Under the pieces are notes generated by a model. That model did not search any database. It was not told where the DNA came from and worked only from the letters and a program-made list of their open reading frames with translations. A program made the translations under genes and the position numbers. Source: Elusimicrobiales bacterium (GTDB taxonomy: Bacteria; Elusimicrobiota; Elusimicrobia; Elusimicrobiales; UBA9959). From it: DNA of 53,784 nucleotides. The stretch lies in assembly GCA_049972095.1 (NCBI GenBank), contig JBMFKQ010000006.1:1-53784 (forward strand), read 5' to 3'. This document shows, in pieces, positions 19,987-28,760 of the stretch (position 1 is its first letter; each line of letters opens with the position of its first letter).

Positions 19987-20976
19987 ATGAATATTCTTAT
20001 ACTTAATTTCAACGAATGCCCTGAAAATTATCATCTTGAGGCTGTATTTTCAGAAATACTTTTGAAAGTTGATATTCCTTTCTATATCATACACTCATTT
20101 AATCATGACTATTCACATTTATCTGAAGGAAGAATTAAAAAAAGACAGCATATATCCAGAGTTTCACTTAAAAATCTTTTTAAACAGGGCTTCAACCTTC
20201 TTATATCCATAGACTTTCCATGGAAAAGAAACAGAAACTATCTTGCCTATATCAAAATAATAAAAGAGATTAAATGCAAAAAAATAATTATAGCAAACCA
20301 TCTTTGTCCTGATCCTGGTCAGTCAGCATTCATTGATGACTCAAAGGAAAGAGGACTTTTAAATCTATTTCAAACACTCTACATACTTGAATATGATGAT
20401 GATAAATTATGGCCAGCTAAATCAGTTATTATAAAAAAGAGAAAATTTGCTGTTGACACTGACTATTACAGACCTATTAATGTGGGAAAAAAATACGATA
20501 TACTTTGTTTTGGTTCAAAATCAAGAGCATTTGATATGCTGCAAGAACTCTCCTATAAATATTCAGTTGCAGTGCTTACATCACTAAACATAAAAATACC
20601 AAACCTCATTATAATGAAATTCAACGAAAACTTATTTAAAGTAAGAGATATAATAAACTCAAGCCGCCTTGTTGTAGCACCTGTAAATGAGAGTGAGATA
20701 AATCCAGCCTGTGGAAATACTGCGCTTTTTCTTGCCATGGCATGTGGTATTCCAGCCGTTGTAAGAGCTACGAACTATATGAAAAGATATGTAAAAGACG
20801 GTGTTAACTCATTTCTCTACAAAACACCAAATGATTTCTTAAAAAAGGTTATCTCAGCATTTGAAAAAACAAAAAAACTTGAAGTAATCTCAAAAAATGC
20901 AAGGGAAACAGCAATAGAAGATGCATCTATGAAAAAGATCATAAAATATATATTAGAAGAGGAGATCAAATGTTAG
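19987..20976 (+). CDS. GT-B (GT4-like) glycosyltransferase
   Basis: C-terminal AVDTDYY and LAMACGIPAV...YVKDGVN pattern. Confidence 0.65.
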   Translation: MNILILNFNECPENYHLEAVFSEILLKVDIPFYIIHSFNHDYSHLSEGRIKKRQHISRVSLKNLFKQGFNLLISIDFPWKRNRNYLAYIKIIKEIKCKKIIIANHLCPDPGQSAFIDDSKERGLLNLFQTLYILEYDDDKLWPAKSVIIKKRKFAVDTDYYRPINVGKKYDILCFGSKSRAFDMLQELSYKYSVAVLTSLNIKIPNLIIMKFNENLFKVRDIINSSRLVVAPVNESEINPACGNTALFLAMACGIPAVVRATNYMKRYVKDGVNSFLYKTPNDFLKKVISAFEKTKKLEVISKNARETAIEDASMKKIIKYILEEEIKC

Positions 20977-21821
20977 GTATGATTTTTATACCGTTAATAC
21001 TGAATGCCTTAGACTATACAATAATAAATGGAAAAAAGGAAATAACAATGGATACCTTTAGAAAAATGCTTCATAGATCTGATATCGTCTATATAGGCGA
21101 AACCCACACGAGCACTTTTTCTCATTCAGTGCAGCTTGAGGTAATAAGAATGATGTATGAAAAAAATAAAAAAATCTGTGTTGGGTTTGAGATGCTTAAT
21201 AAAACCCTTCAGCCATGGCTTGACAAATACCTGACAGGTGAGATAAGCGAGGATGAATTTTTAAACGGCATAAACTGGGAGAAGGAATGGGGATTTGATT
21301 TCTCACTATACAGACCAATATTTAGCTTTGTAAAGGATAGCAAACTCAAGGCTCTTGCATTAAATCTTCCAAGAAGAGTAGTTTCAAAGGTTGCAAGAGG
21401 CGGGATTGATGCTTTAAGCGAGGATGAGAAAAAACTCATGGCTAAAAATATTAAAGTTAATAAAAACAGAAGATATAAAAAATACCTTGAAAACACATTC
21501 TATACAGGTGATGAAAATCCAATGAATAAAATTATGACATTTGAAAACTATACTCTTTCAATGGCTGTATGGAATGAAACTATGGGTGAGAGAGTTGCAG
21601 AGTTTATAAACTTAAACCCAGGATACTCCTTTGTTGTAATTGCAGGAAATGGACATATAATCTACAATGCTGCAATCCCCTGGTCGGTTAGAAAAAGGAC
21701 AAAGAAACTCAAACACCTATCAATATACACAGCTGAGGAAAATGAGATACAAAACTCAAAAGATTATTATAAATGGGCTGATATAATAGTTGTAAAAAAA
21801 TCAACCACTCATATCAGATAA
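20970..21821 (+). CDS. ChaN/PhuW-like exported protein
   Basis: Signal peptide; YIGETH, GFEM, YRPIF, WNETM and IAGNGH motifs. Confidence 0.8.
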   Translation: MLGMIFIPLILNALDYTIINGKKEITMDTFRKMLHRSDIVYIGETHTSTFSHSVQLEVIRMMYEKNKKICVGFEMLNKTLQPWLDKYLTGEISEDEFLNGINWEKEWGFDFSLYRPIFSFVKDSKLKALALNLPRRVVSKVARGGIDALSEDEKKLMAKNIKVNKNRRYKKYLENTFYTGDENPMNKIMTFENYTLSMAVWNETMGERVAEFINLNPGYSFVVIAGNGHIIYNAAIPWSVRKRTKKLKHLSIYTAEENEIQNSKDYYKWADIIVVKKSTTHIR

Positions 21822-21871
21822 CAATCTTGTTAGTGAAAAGCAGTGTCGTTGAATAAGCAAGTGGCTTAATG

Positions 21872-21880
21872 TGATATAAT
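21872..21880 (+). promoter_or_regulatory. Extended -10 promoter (TGATATAAT) of the RiPP-like operon, probably leaderless
   Basis: TGnTATAAT lies 6 nt before ATG 21887, with no SD. Confidence 0.6.
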
Positions 21881-21886
21881 TTTTAT

Positions 21887-22141
21887 ATGAGAATATCTCC
21901 AAGAATAATATGGCGCCAGATAGATGGTGAGGTGTTTGTAATTGATCCCCTAAATGAAAAAATTTATGAGATGAACGAGACAGCATCTTTTGTGTTTAAA
22001 ATGATAAAAAAAGGTTTAGATATTGAGAGAATCGTAAAGAAAATGATTGATTGCTATGATGTTAAAGAGGATAAATGTAGAGATGATGTTTTGGAGATAA
22101 TAGAATATCTTTTAAGAAATGAGGTAATAGATGAAGAATAA
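21887..22141 (+). CDS. PqqD-family RiPP recognition element (RRE) protein
   Basis: 84 aa: WRQIDGEVFVID...YEMNETASFVF...YDV...CRDDVLEIIEYL, a PqqD-like pattern. Next to a radical SAM/SPASM gene. Confidence 0.85.
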   Translation: MRISPRIIWRQIDGEVFVIDPLNEKIYEMNETASFVFKMIKKGLDIERIVKKMIDCYDVKEDKCRDDVLEIIEYLLRNEVIDEE

Positions 22142-22268
22142 AAAAAAGTATATAAAACCTAAGATTAAGGCACAAAAAATTTTTGAAACTGCTGCCTTGG
22201 CATGTGGAAAGTGTCTATCAGGTCCTATAAATCAGCTCGCATGCCGAACCTTAAGAAGAGCCTCATAA
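22131..22268 (+). CDS. Putative RiPP precursor peptide (45 aa; not in ORF track)
   Basis: GAGGT SD at 22121-22125. Translation MKNKKKYIKPKIKAQKIFETAALACGKCLSGPINQLACRTLRRAS. Fills the gap between the RRE and peptidase genes exactly. Confidence 0.8.
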   Translation: MKNKKKYIKPKIKAQKIFETAALACGKCLSGPINQLACRTLRRAS

Positions 22269-22269
22269 A

Positions 22270-22623
22270 ATGCTAAAAGCAGCTAAACTCAAAGGTAACA
22301 GTATGAAGCCTTTTTTAAAAGATGGCGCTTTTGTTTTCTATAAAAACACAGATTATATAAGCCGCGGAGATATGGTTTTATATAGATATAAGGATAATTT
22401 ATACCTGCATAGAGTTATTGGTTTTGAAGAGGATTTTGTTATTGTTTCAAACGATGATGATATAACACCACATAAAGTAGAAAAATCAGAGATTGTTGGA
22501 AAAGCGTATTCTTTTTTAAATGGGTGTGTTGGTTATATAGCCCATATTATTATTAAAAGAGCAAGAAGGATAAGAAAGATTCTAAATGAATATTTCAGAA
22601 AAACTCTACCATATCTATTTTGA
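22270..22623 (+). CDS. S24/S26-family peptidase (signal peptidase I-like, no TM anchor)
   Basis: GNSMKPFL (catalytic Ser box), RGDMV, YLHRV and EIVGK motifs. Confidence 0.78.
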   Translation: MLKAAKLKGNSMKPFLKDGAFVFYKNTDYISRGDMVLYRYKDNLYLHRVIGFEEDFVIVSNDDDITPHKVEKSEIVGKAYSFLNGCVGYIAHIIIKRARRIRKILNEYFRKTLPYLF

Positions 22624-23650
22624 GAAAAACATTCCCATTTTAGCAAGTATAGAGCTTACAAGGCGGTGTGTTAATAGTTGCATTCACTGCTATCTTAATG
22701 AAACTCAAGAAAAGCTATCAAAATCAGATGAAGAATTATCTTTTTCTAAGATAAAAGATATATTTTTCCAGCTTAAAACTCTTGGAACAGTTTTTCTAAA
22801 TATAACTGGTGGAGAGCCTCTTTTAAGAAAAGATATAGTAAAGATAGTAAAGATTGCTGTTGAGTTTAATTTTTTAGTTAAGCTTTTCTCTTCATTAAAC
22901 TATGAGTCAAATATAATAGAAAGCCTTTATGATGTTGGGCTTAGATATATAGATGTAAGTCTTTATGGGAGAAAGGATATACATAATTTGGTAACTCGCT
23001 CTAACTCTTTCGATAAAACATTTGAAAATATAAAAAAAGCAAAAGAATTGGGTTTCAAGATCACTATAAAAACACCTGTTATGAGTCTAAATATAAATGA
23101 GATTAGATGGTTAAAAGAGTTTAGCTCTAATTATAATCTCAATTTCAAAATAGATCCAATTATCACCCCAAGAAACAATGGAGATACCTCACCTTTAAAA
23201 TACTCGATATCTAAAAATGACATTGAAAAACTTTTAGAATATGGATTAATTAACCTTGAGAATATTGATCTTGATTGCAATGCAGAGTATGTAGCCTGTG
23301 GAGCTATGAAAAGTGTTATTGCCATAGATGCCTATGGAAATGTTACTCCCTGTATTTCTTTGCCTCTTTGTATTGGAAATGTTAATGAAAACAAGATATC
23401 TGATATTTTAAAATCTAATATTGCTTGTGATGTTAGAAAAAAACTTGAAATTGAACCCAAAAAATGCATCAAGTGTAATTATAAGACTATCTGTTCAAGA
23501 TGCCCTGGAGTTTCATGGGTCTATGCTGGAAGGGTTGATTATGTATATAAACAGGCTTGTGAAATCTCTAAAAAAATTTACGAAATAAGATATTCTTCTT
23601 ACAAGAAAGAGCAAGATGAAGTAGCAGGCATAGAAACTACTCTACAATAG
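22586..23650 (+). CDS. Radical SAM/SPASM-domain peptide maturase
   Basis: CVNSCIHC, TGGEPLL and SPASM cysteines CGA...VTPC...CIKCNYKTICSRC...C. Confidence 0.88.
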   Translation: MNISEKLYHIYFEKNIPILASIELTRRCVNSCIHCYLNETQEKLSKSDEELSFSKIKDIFFQLKTLGTVFLNITGGEPLLRKDIVKIVKIAVEFNFLVKLFSSLNYESNIIESLYDVGLRYIDVSLYGRKDIHNLVTRSNSFDKTFENIKKAKELGFKITIKTPVMSLNINEIRWLKEFSSNYNLNFKIDPIITPRNNGDTSPLKYSISKNDIEKLLEYGLINLENIDLDCNAEYVACGAMKSVIAIDAYGNVTPCISLPLCIGNVNENKISDILKSNIACDVRKKLEIEPKKCIKCNYKTICSRCPGVSWVYAGRVDYVYKQACEISKKIYEIRYSSYKKEQDEVAGIETTLQ

Positions 23651-24374
23651 AAAGCTGGAAGTTTCCCCGTGTTGTTCCTATATAGAAAGCTGACTTAATT
23701 CCATACAGGCGCTTGTATGATGCAAAATCCATTATTTCTGATTCATCTTTTTTTGAGGTTATTCCAATAAGCCTCCATGGGTTTGAAACTGCTTTGAATA
23801 TATAGCTATTTTTTTTAAGCTCACTTGTCTCTATAACAGGAAGGACATATCCGCCAGGCACCATCTTTAAAAAATTTGCATATACCTCACCCTCAAGAGG
23901 CACAGCAGATATAAAAGAAACATAGTTATTCGTTTGTGGAAGCTCAAGTGAAGCTTTATATATTTCATTGAAAGCATAAACAAAAGTTTTTGAAAAATAA
24001 TTAAGAGGTGCAACAACCCTTCTTATCTCACCTGATATACTTGCTGATATCCTTATTATATCCCCCTGATAAAAAAGCATCTTTGATAGATCAATCTTTC
24101 GTGAGTAATTCATAAGCTGTGAGTCTTTCGTTTCTCTAAAAAAATCTTTAACATAAACCTTTTTTACATAACCCTCCTTCACAACAGTTTTATTATTTTG
24201 CTTTGTTTTTAAAATCACCTTTCCATCAAATGAAACCTCAAGATACAATGATATTTTTTTTAGATTATTTTCAAGATAAAGCCATATAACATCCCTCTCT
24301 TCCTCTGGAACATAGCCCTTGAGTGTAAAAGAGATTACAAAAAAACTAACGATAGCTGTTATTAGTTTTTTCAT
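23637..24374 (-). CDS. Exported hypothetical protein
   Basis: 245-aa ORF with signal peptide, translationally coupled to the DoxX gene. Confidence 0.65.
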   Translation of the reverse strand: MKKLITAIVSFFVISFTLKGYVPEEERDVIWLYLENNLKKISLYLEVSFDGKVILKTKQNNKTVVKEGYVKKVYVKDFFRETKDSQLMNYSRKIDLSKMLFYQGDIIRISASISGEIRRVVAPLNYFSKTFVYAFNEIYKASLELPQTNNYVSFISAVPLEGEVYANFLKMVPGGYVLPVIETSELKKNSYIFKAVSNPWRLIGITSKKDESEIMDFASYKRLYGIKSAFYIGTTRGNFQLSIVE

Positions 24375-24835
24375 AAACCAAATTTTTTTTCTATAAGATG
24401 ATCAAGGGAAAATTTTGAACTAAATTTATATGAAATCCACAAGAAAAAAAGCCATATAATATTAAGAAGAAACTCAACTCCTATTGGATTTGAATGCCGT
24501 GGTCCAAAACAACCACAGCTTGTTATCTCAAGCCTTCTTATTATTGCCTGAAGCAGAAGCAGTTCAAAGATAATAAAAAGCAAAATAGATGCTTTTATAA
24601 CATACCTTTCAAAAAGACCAAATATAACAAAAATTCCAAGGTAAAACTCAAACCATGGAAGAAATAAAGCAGTGTAATAAGCAATCGTCTGCCCTATAAT
24701 CTTATAGCTAAGTATTGCTGAGTAAAATGACTCAACCGGTTCTATTATTTTTACACACCCAGAATAGACAAGAACCAGACCAACCATAATCCTCATAAAA
24801 GGTGAAACATAAAAGGCTCTTTGTTTAAAGCTCAT
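24371..24835 (-). CDS. DoxX/MauE family membrane protein
   Basis: LPWFE and CGCFG motifs; about 4 TM segments. Confidence 0.85.
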   Translation of the reverse strand: MSFKQRAFYVSPFMRIMVGLVLVYSGCVKIIEPVESFYSAILSYKIIGQTIAYYTALFLPWFEFYLGIFVIFGLFERYVIKASILLFIIFELLLLQAIIRRLEITSCGCFGPRHSNPIGVEFLLNIIWLFFLWISYKFSSKFSLDHLIEKKFGL

Positions 24836-25458
24836 TTTATCACCTCTTTAAGCCTTTCAACAAGCTGATGCCCCCCAATAGCTTTTTTTCCATTTAAAAA
24901 GAATGTTGGCGTTGAATCAACACCAATCCTATCCCCTTCATTCATATCTTTTTTCACAAGATCAATTGCATTCGAAGATGAAACACAGTTTTTCATGACA
25001 TACAAATCAAGAGAAATCTTTTTAGAAAACTCCTCAAAATATTTAGTGCTATCAGTTGAATTTGACCATTTATCCCTTGTGCTAAAAAGCAGATCAGCAA
25101 ACTCCCAGAATTTCCCATACTCCTTTCCTGCACATTCAGCCCAAATTGCTGCTTTCATTGCATTTGGATGAAGATTTGTTAATGGATAATGCTTGAAGTC
25201 AACTCTTATATATGGAAAATAATCAATAAGGTCCTTTAAATAAAAATGCATTTTCTCACATGCAGGGCATGAAAAGTCAGAAAACTCATATATAACAATC
25301 TTTGCTTCCGTTCCCTTTATTTTTTGCCTGTATGACGGAGATGGCTCAAGTTTAATGCTAATATTAGAATTGTCTTCTTTTAAAAAAAGAACTATGACTG
25401 TTGATATGAATATAAGGATTGTGCCTGCAAATACTTTTATCTTTAAAACCCTACTCAT
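24832..25458 (-). CDS. DsbA-family thioredoxin-fold protein
   Basis: FSDFSCPAC, KHYPL and GVDSTPTFFLNG motifs; N-terminal anchor. Confidence 0.88.
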   Translation of the reverse strand: MSRVLKIKVFAGTILIFISTVIVLFLKEDNSNISIKLEPSPSYRQKIKGTEAKIVIYEFSDFSCPACEKMHFYLKDLIDYFPYIRVDFKHYPLTNLHPNAMKAAIWAECAGKEYGKFWEFADLLFSTRDKWSNSTDSTKYFEEFSKKISLDLYVMKNCVSSSNAIDLVKKDMNEGDRIGVDSTPTFFLNGKKAIGGHQLVERLKEVIK

Positions 25459-25477
25459 CAGACCATCTTATAATTTT

Positions 25478-27028
25478 TTAATCCTTTTCTATAAGCGAAC
25501 TTCCAGTCATATCAGCTGGCTTTTCAATCCCCATAAAATCAAGAACTGTTGGAGCAATGTCTCGAAGCATTCCTCTATTTGCAAGCTTCATATTTTCAAC
25601 CCCTTGACCCACTACGATAAACTCAACAGGGTTTGTTGTGTGTGATGTTTTTGGCATATTAATCCTATAATCCCACATCTCCTCACTGTTTCCATGATCT
25701 GCGGTTATCAAAATAACATATCCCTTCTCAAGTCCCTTTCTTACAAGCCTTCCAACACACTCATCAACAATCTCTATTGCTCTCTTTGCAGAGTCAAAAT
25801 TACCGGTATGCCCAACCATATCACCATTTGCAAAATTTACAAGAATAAAATCATATTTTCCGCTTTCTATCTCACTTTCACACCGTTCAGCTACACCATA
25901 TGCCTCCATCTCAGGGTGTTCAGCAAAGCTTGAAGGATCAAACCTGCTTTTTATCTCAATCCTGTCCTCACCAGGATATGGTTTTATCCTCTTGCCGTTA
26001 AAAAATGAGGTTACATGTCTAAATTTCTGTGTCTCAGCTATCCTGAGCTGTTTTAAACCTTTTTGAGATAAAATCTGCCCTAAAAGATTATTCATATTAC
26101 CACTCTCATCCATAGGTGAAATTGCAAAATATTTAAACTCATCATAATATCTTGTAAGCCCACAATAGACAATATCTAACCTTCTTTCTCTTTTACCTGG
26201 ATAATTATTCTCAACAAAAGCCTTTGTAAGCTGTATTGCTCTATCCTGTCTAAAGTTAAAATGTATTACACTATCCCCATCTTTTACTCCCCTATAATCA
26301 CCTATAACCATTGGTTGTATGTATTCATCGATGACAGGCTGGCCGTTTGGCTGTTTCATATTTTTATATGCATAATCTATAGCATTTAGTGGATCGCTCA
26401 TCTTAAGCCCTTGAGCTTCGGTTATTGCTCTGTATGCAATATCAGTAAGATTCCAATTCTCACTTCTATCCATAGAGTAGTATCTACCCATAATAGTTGC
26501 AATTTTAACCTCAGGCTTATCTTTTATATAATCAACAAGCTTCTTCATATATGAAATGGCACTTCTTGGTGGAGTATCTCTTCCATCTGCAAAAAAGTGT
26601 ATGTATATTTTCCCAACACCCATTGAAAGAGCCTTTTCAATTATTGAATACATATGATCCTCATGAGCATGAACACCCTCATCCTGAACAAGCCCCATAA
26701 GATGAAGTGCAGATTTTTTTGCATTTTCAATCGCATTTTTTATTGCCGGCAGTTCAAAAAAACTTCCGTCCTCAATCATATCCTTTATCCTCTTAAGCTC
26801 CTGAATTACTATCCTTCCAGCCCCCATATTCAGATGTCCAACCTCGCTTGAACCCTGGTAACCTTTTGGAAGCCCAACAGCCTCTCCAGAAGCCTCAAGA
26901 ATCGTATTTGGATATCTCTTTAAATATTCATCAATATTTGGTTTTCTTGCAGCCTTAACTGCATTATACCTGTCATCATCCCTTCCTATTCCCCAACCAT
27001 CTCTTACAATAAGAATAACCCTTTTCAC
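25478..27028 (-). CDS. gpmI: 2,3-bisphosphoglycerate-independent phosphoglycerate mutase
   Basis: DGWG, GSSEVGH, DGRD, DMVGHTG and TADHGN motifs. GTG start at 27028 after GGAG. Confidence 0.93.
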   Translation of the reverse strand: MKRVILIVRDGWGIGRDDDRYNAVKAARKPNIDEYLKRYPNTILEASGEAVGLPKGYQGSSEVGHLNMGAGRIVIQELKRIKDMIEDGSFFELPAIKNAIENAKKSALHLMGLVQDEGVHAHEDHMYSIIEKALSMGVGKIYIHFFADGRDTPPRSAISYMKKLVDYIKDKPEVKIATIMGRYYSMDRSENWNLTDIAYRAITEAQGLKMSDPLNAIDYAYKNMKQPNGQPVIDEYIQPMVIGDYRGVKDGDSVIHFNFRQDRAIQLTKAFVENNYPGKRERRLDIVYCGLTRYYDEFKYFAISPMDESGNMNNLLGQILSQKGLKQLRIAETQKFRHVTSFFNGKRIKPYPGEDRIEIKSRFDPSSFAEHPEMEAYGVAERCESEIESGKYDFILVNFANGDMVGHTGNFDSAKRAIEIVDECVGRLVRKGLEKGYVILITADHGNSEEMWDYRINMPKTSHTTNPVEFIVVGQGVENMKLANRGMLRDIAPTVLDFMGIEKPADMTGSSLIEKD

Positions 27029-27086
27029 ATCATCTCCATTTAAAAACATTTTATAAAAATATTTTATAAACTACCAAACAAAATAT

Positions 27087-28760
27087 CTATCTTCCAAAAT
27101 AGGGATGAGGTATATAGGTTTTTTTCTGAGGTTTGTCCTGAGACTTAACAAGTCCTATTTCTCTTACAAAAATCTTTTCAGGAACAACTAAAGAAGCCGC
27201 AACAGATGAGCTATTATAAAAAGGTCCCTTCTCAAAAAAGTTTACAACATATTCCTTTTCTGATGTAAACAAAATATCCCTAAGGATTCTTGTGCCTGGA
27301 TCTTCAAAATCAATATTTGTTACATATCTCTTTTCTCCACTTTTAAGATTCATTATATAAGCAACAACCGGTGATTGAATCGGCTTTGATGTGTCTTTTA
27401 TTGATGATGCAATCTTTTCAACAAAAATCACCTCGTCATAACCCTGTTCATAGGCATACTTTTTGACATTTTTCATAAACCTTTCATCAGAATAAGTTTT
27501 AGATGATTTAATAAAAACATTTGAAGGAAAAGGATAGACATACATATCATAATTGCCTCTTCCTCTTCCGTTTGAATATGAGATGTATTTAGAAGGCCTT
27601 CTTGATGAATAAAATGTCTTAAGAACACCACTTTCAACAAGCCTTAGTTTAACAGGCATAACCCCTTCATCATCAATATCATAAGCTCCTACAAGCTGAA
27701 TGCCGTTATAAATTTTTATTCCAGCATCATCATAAACATCTATGAAATTAGGAAAAACCCTTTTACCAATCCTCTCAACAAGTCTTGGAAGTGAATAGTA
27801 ATACTTCAAGTAGTTTTCATCCTCAGTCTCAGGAGGAGGAAAGAATGAGATATTTCTTACAAAAAGAGAATTTATCAGCTCAAAAGCTGCATCCTTTTCA
27901 AATATACATGGAGCTGCAAAATAATCAATCTCCTGCGCTGGATACGAATCCGAAAACATCTTTATATATCCTTCAGCATCAGCAATAGCTTTTTTCTCAA
28001 AATCCTCTACGCTAAAATAAAAAAAATCCTTAAAATCTTTTTTGATATACCCTTTCTCATCCTGAAAATCTATATCAGCTCTCATAACAATCTGGTATGA
28101 ATTTTTTCTAAAATATCTATTCTCAGAGTCAGCAAATCGCATAATGTTTTTTGATATATTCAGCGTAAAATCAACAGACTTGACCTTTGGATATTTCTTA
28201 GAAACATTAGAAACCCTTTCAAGGATATCTCTGTAAACATCACATCTTAACTCAGCTGTGCTTTCAGGTGAGACATAGCTTACAACTGGAGCTTGTGAAA
28301 TCTCAGGGTAAAAATCAGCTATTGCCTTTTTCTCTCTGTATGCCTTTTTCATTGAAAAGATCTCGCAGGCATTTTTATATGCCTCATCACTAAGATACCA
28401 CAAACCCCATCTGACTGCATCATAGTTATCATCAGCAGGGATATCCATATAAAAAGGCAGATATCTATTAAGATCCGTTGCAAAATTTGAGCTATCAAAT
28501 ACACTTGTTCCAATTCTCAGATCAATCTTTGCTGTTCTTTTTTTGACTAAATAGTTTGAAGATATTTTTCCAAAATTACCATCCATACTACAGTTTTCCA
28601 TGTCGTATACAGAATAGGATATAAAATATGGAAGAGGAAAGCTTGAGTCCTTAAGCCTTGATATATTCCTTGATATCTCATCCCTCATAGCATCCATAAC
28701 AGGGTCTTGCGAAAAAGAAGCTGTAGATAAAAAAGAGAGAATAAAAAAAAGAAGACTCAT
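27087..28760 (-). CDS. TldE/PmbA-like subunit with signal peptide
   Basis: Similar layout to the neighbour (DDEGV, SNGRGR) but no HExxH; translationally coupled to the tldD-like gene. Confidence 0.7.
   Translation of the reverse strand: MSLLFFILSFLSTASFSQDPVMDAMRDEISRNISRLKDSSFPLPYFISYSVYDMENCSMDGNFGKISSNYLVKKRTAKIDLRIGTSVFDSSNFATDLNRYLPFYMDIPADDNYDAVRWGLWYLSDEAYKNACEIFSMKKAYREKKAIADFYPEISQAPVVSYVSPESTAELRCDVYRDILERVSNVSKKYPKVKSVDFTLNISKNIMRFADSENRYFRKNSYQIVMRADIDFQDEKGYIKKDFKDFFYFSVEDFEKKAIADAEGYIKMFSDSYPAQEIDYFAAPCIFEKDAAFELINSLFVRNISFFPPPETEDENYLKYYYSLPRLVERIGKRVFPNFIDVYDDAGIKIYNGIQLVGAYDIDDEGVMPVKLRLVESGVLKTFYSSRRPSKYISYSNGRGRGNYDMYVYPFPSNVFIKSSKTYSDERFMKNVKKYAYEQGYDEVIFVEKIASSIKDTSKPIQSPVVAYIMNLKSGEKRYVTNIDFEDPGTRILRDILFTSEKEYVVNFFEKGPFYNSSSVAASLVVPEKIFVREIGLVKSQDKPQKKTYIPHPYFGR

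Noticed and set aside
22131..22268. Precursor read as a lipoprotein because of ALAC
   Set aside because: There is no hydrophobic h-region before the Cys; the leader is basic and polar.
21887..23650. PQQ, mycofactocin or lasso peptide biosynthesis
   Set aside because: No pqqB/pqqC, no ExxxY PqqA motif, no mft genes and no lasso cyclase in the window.
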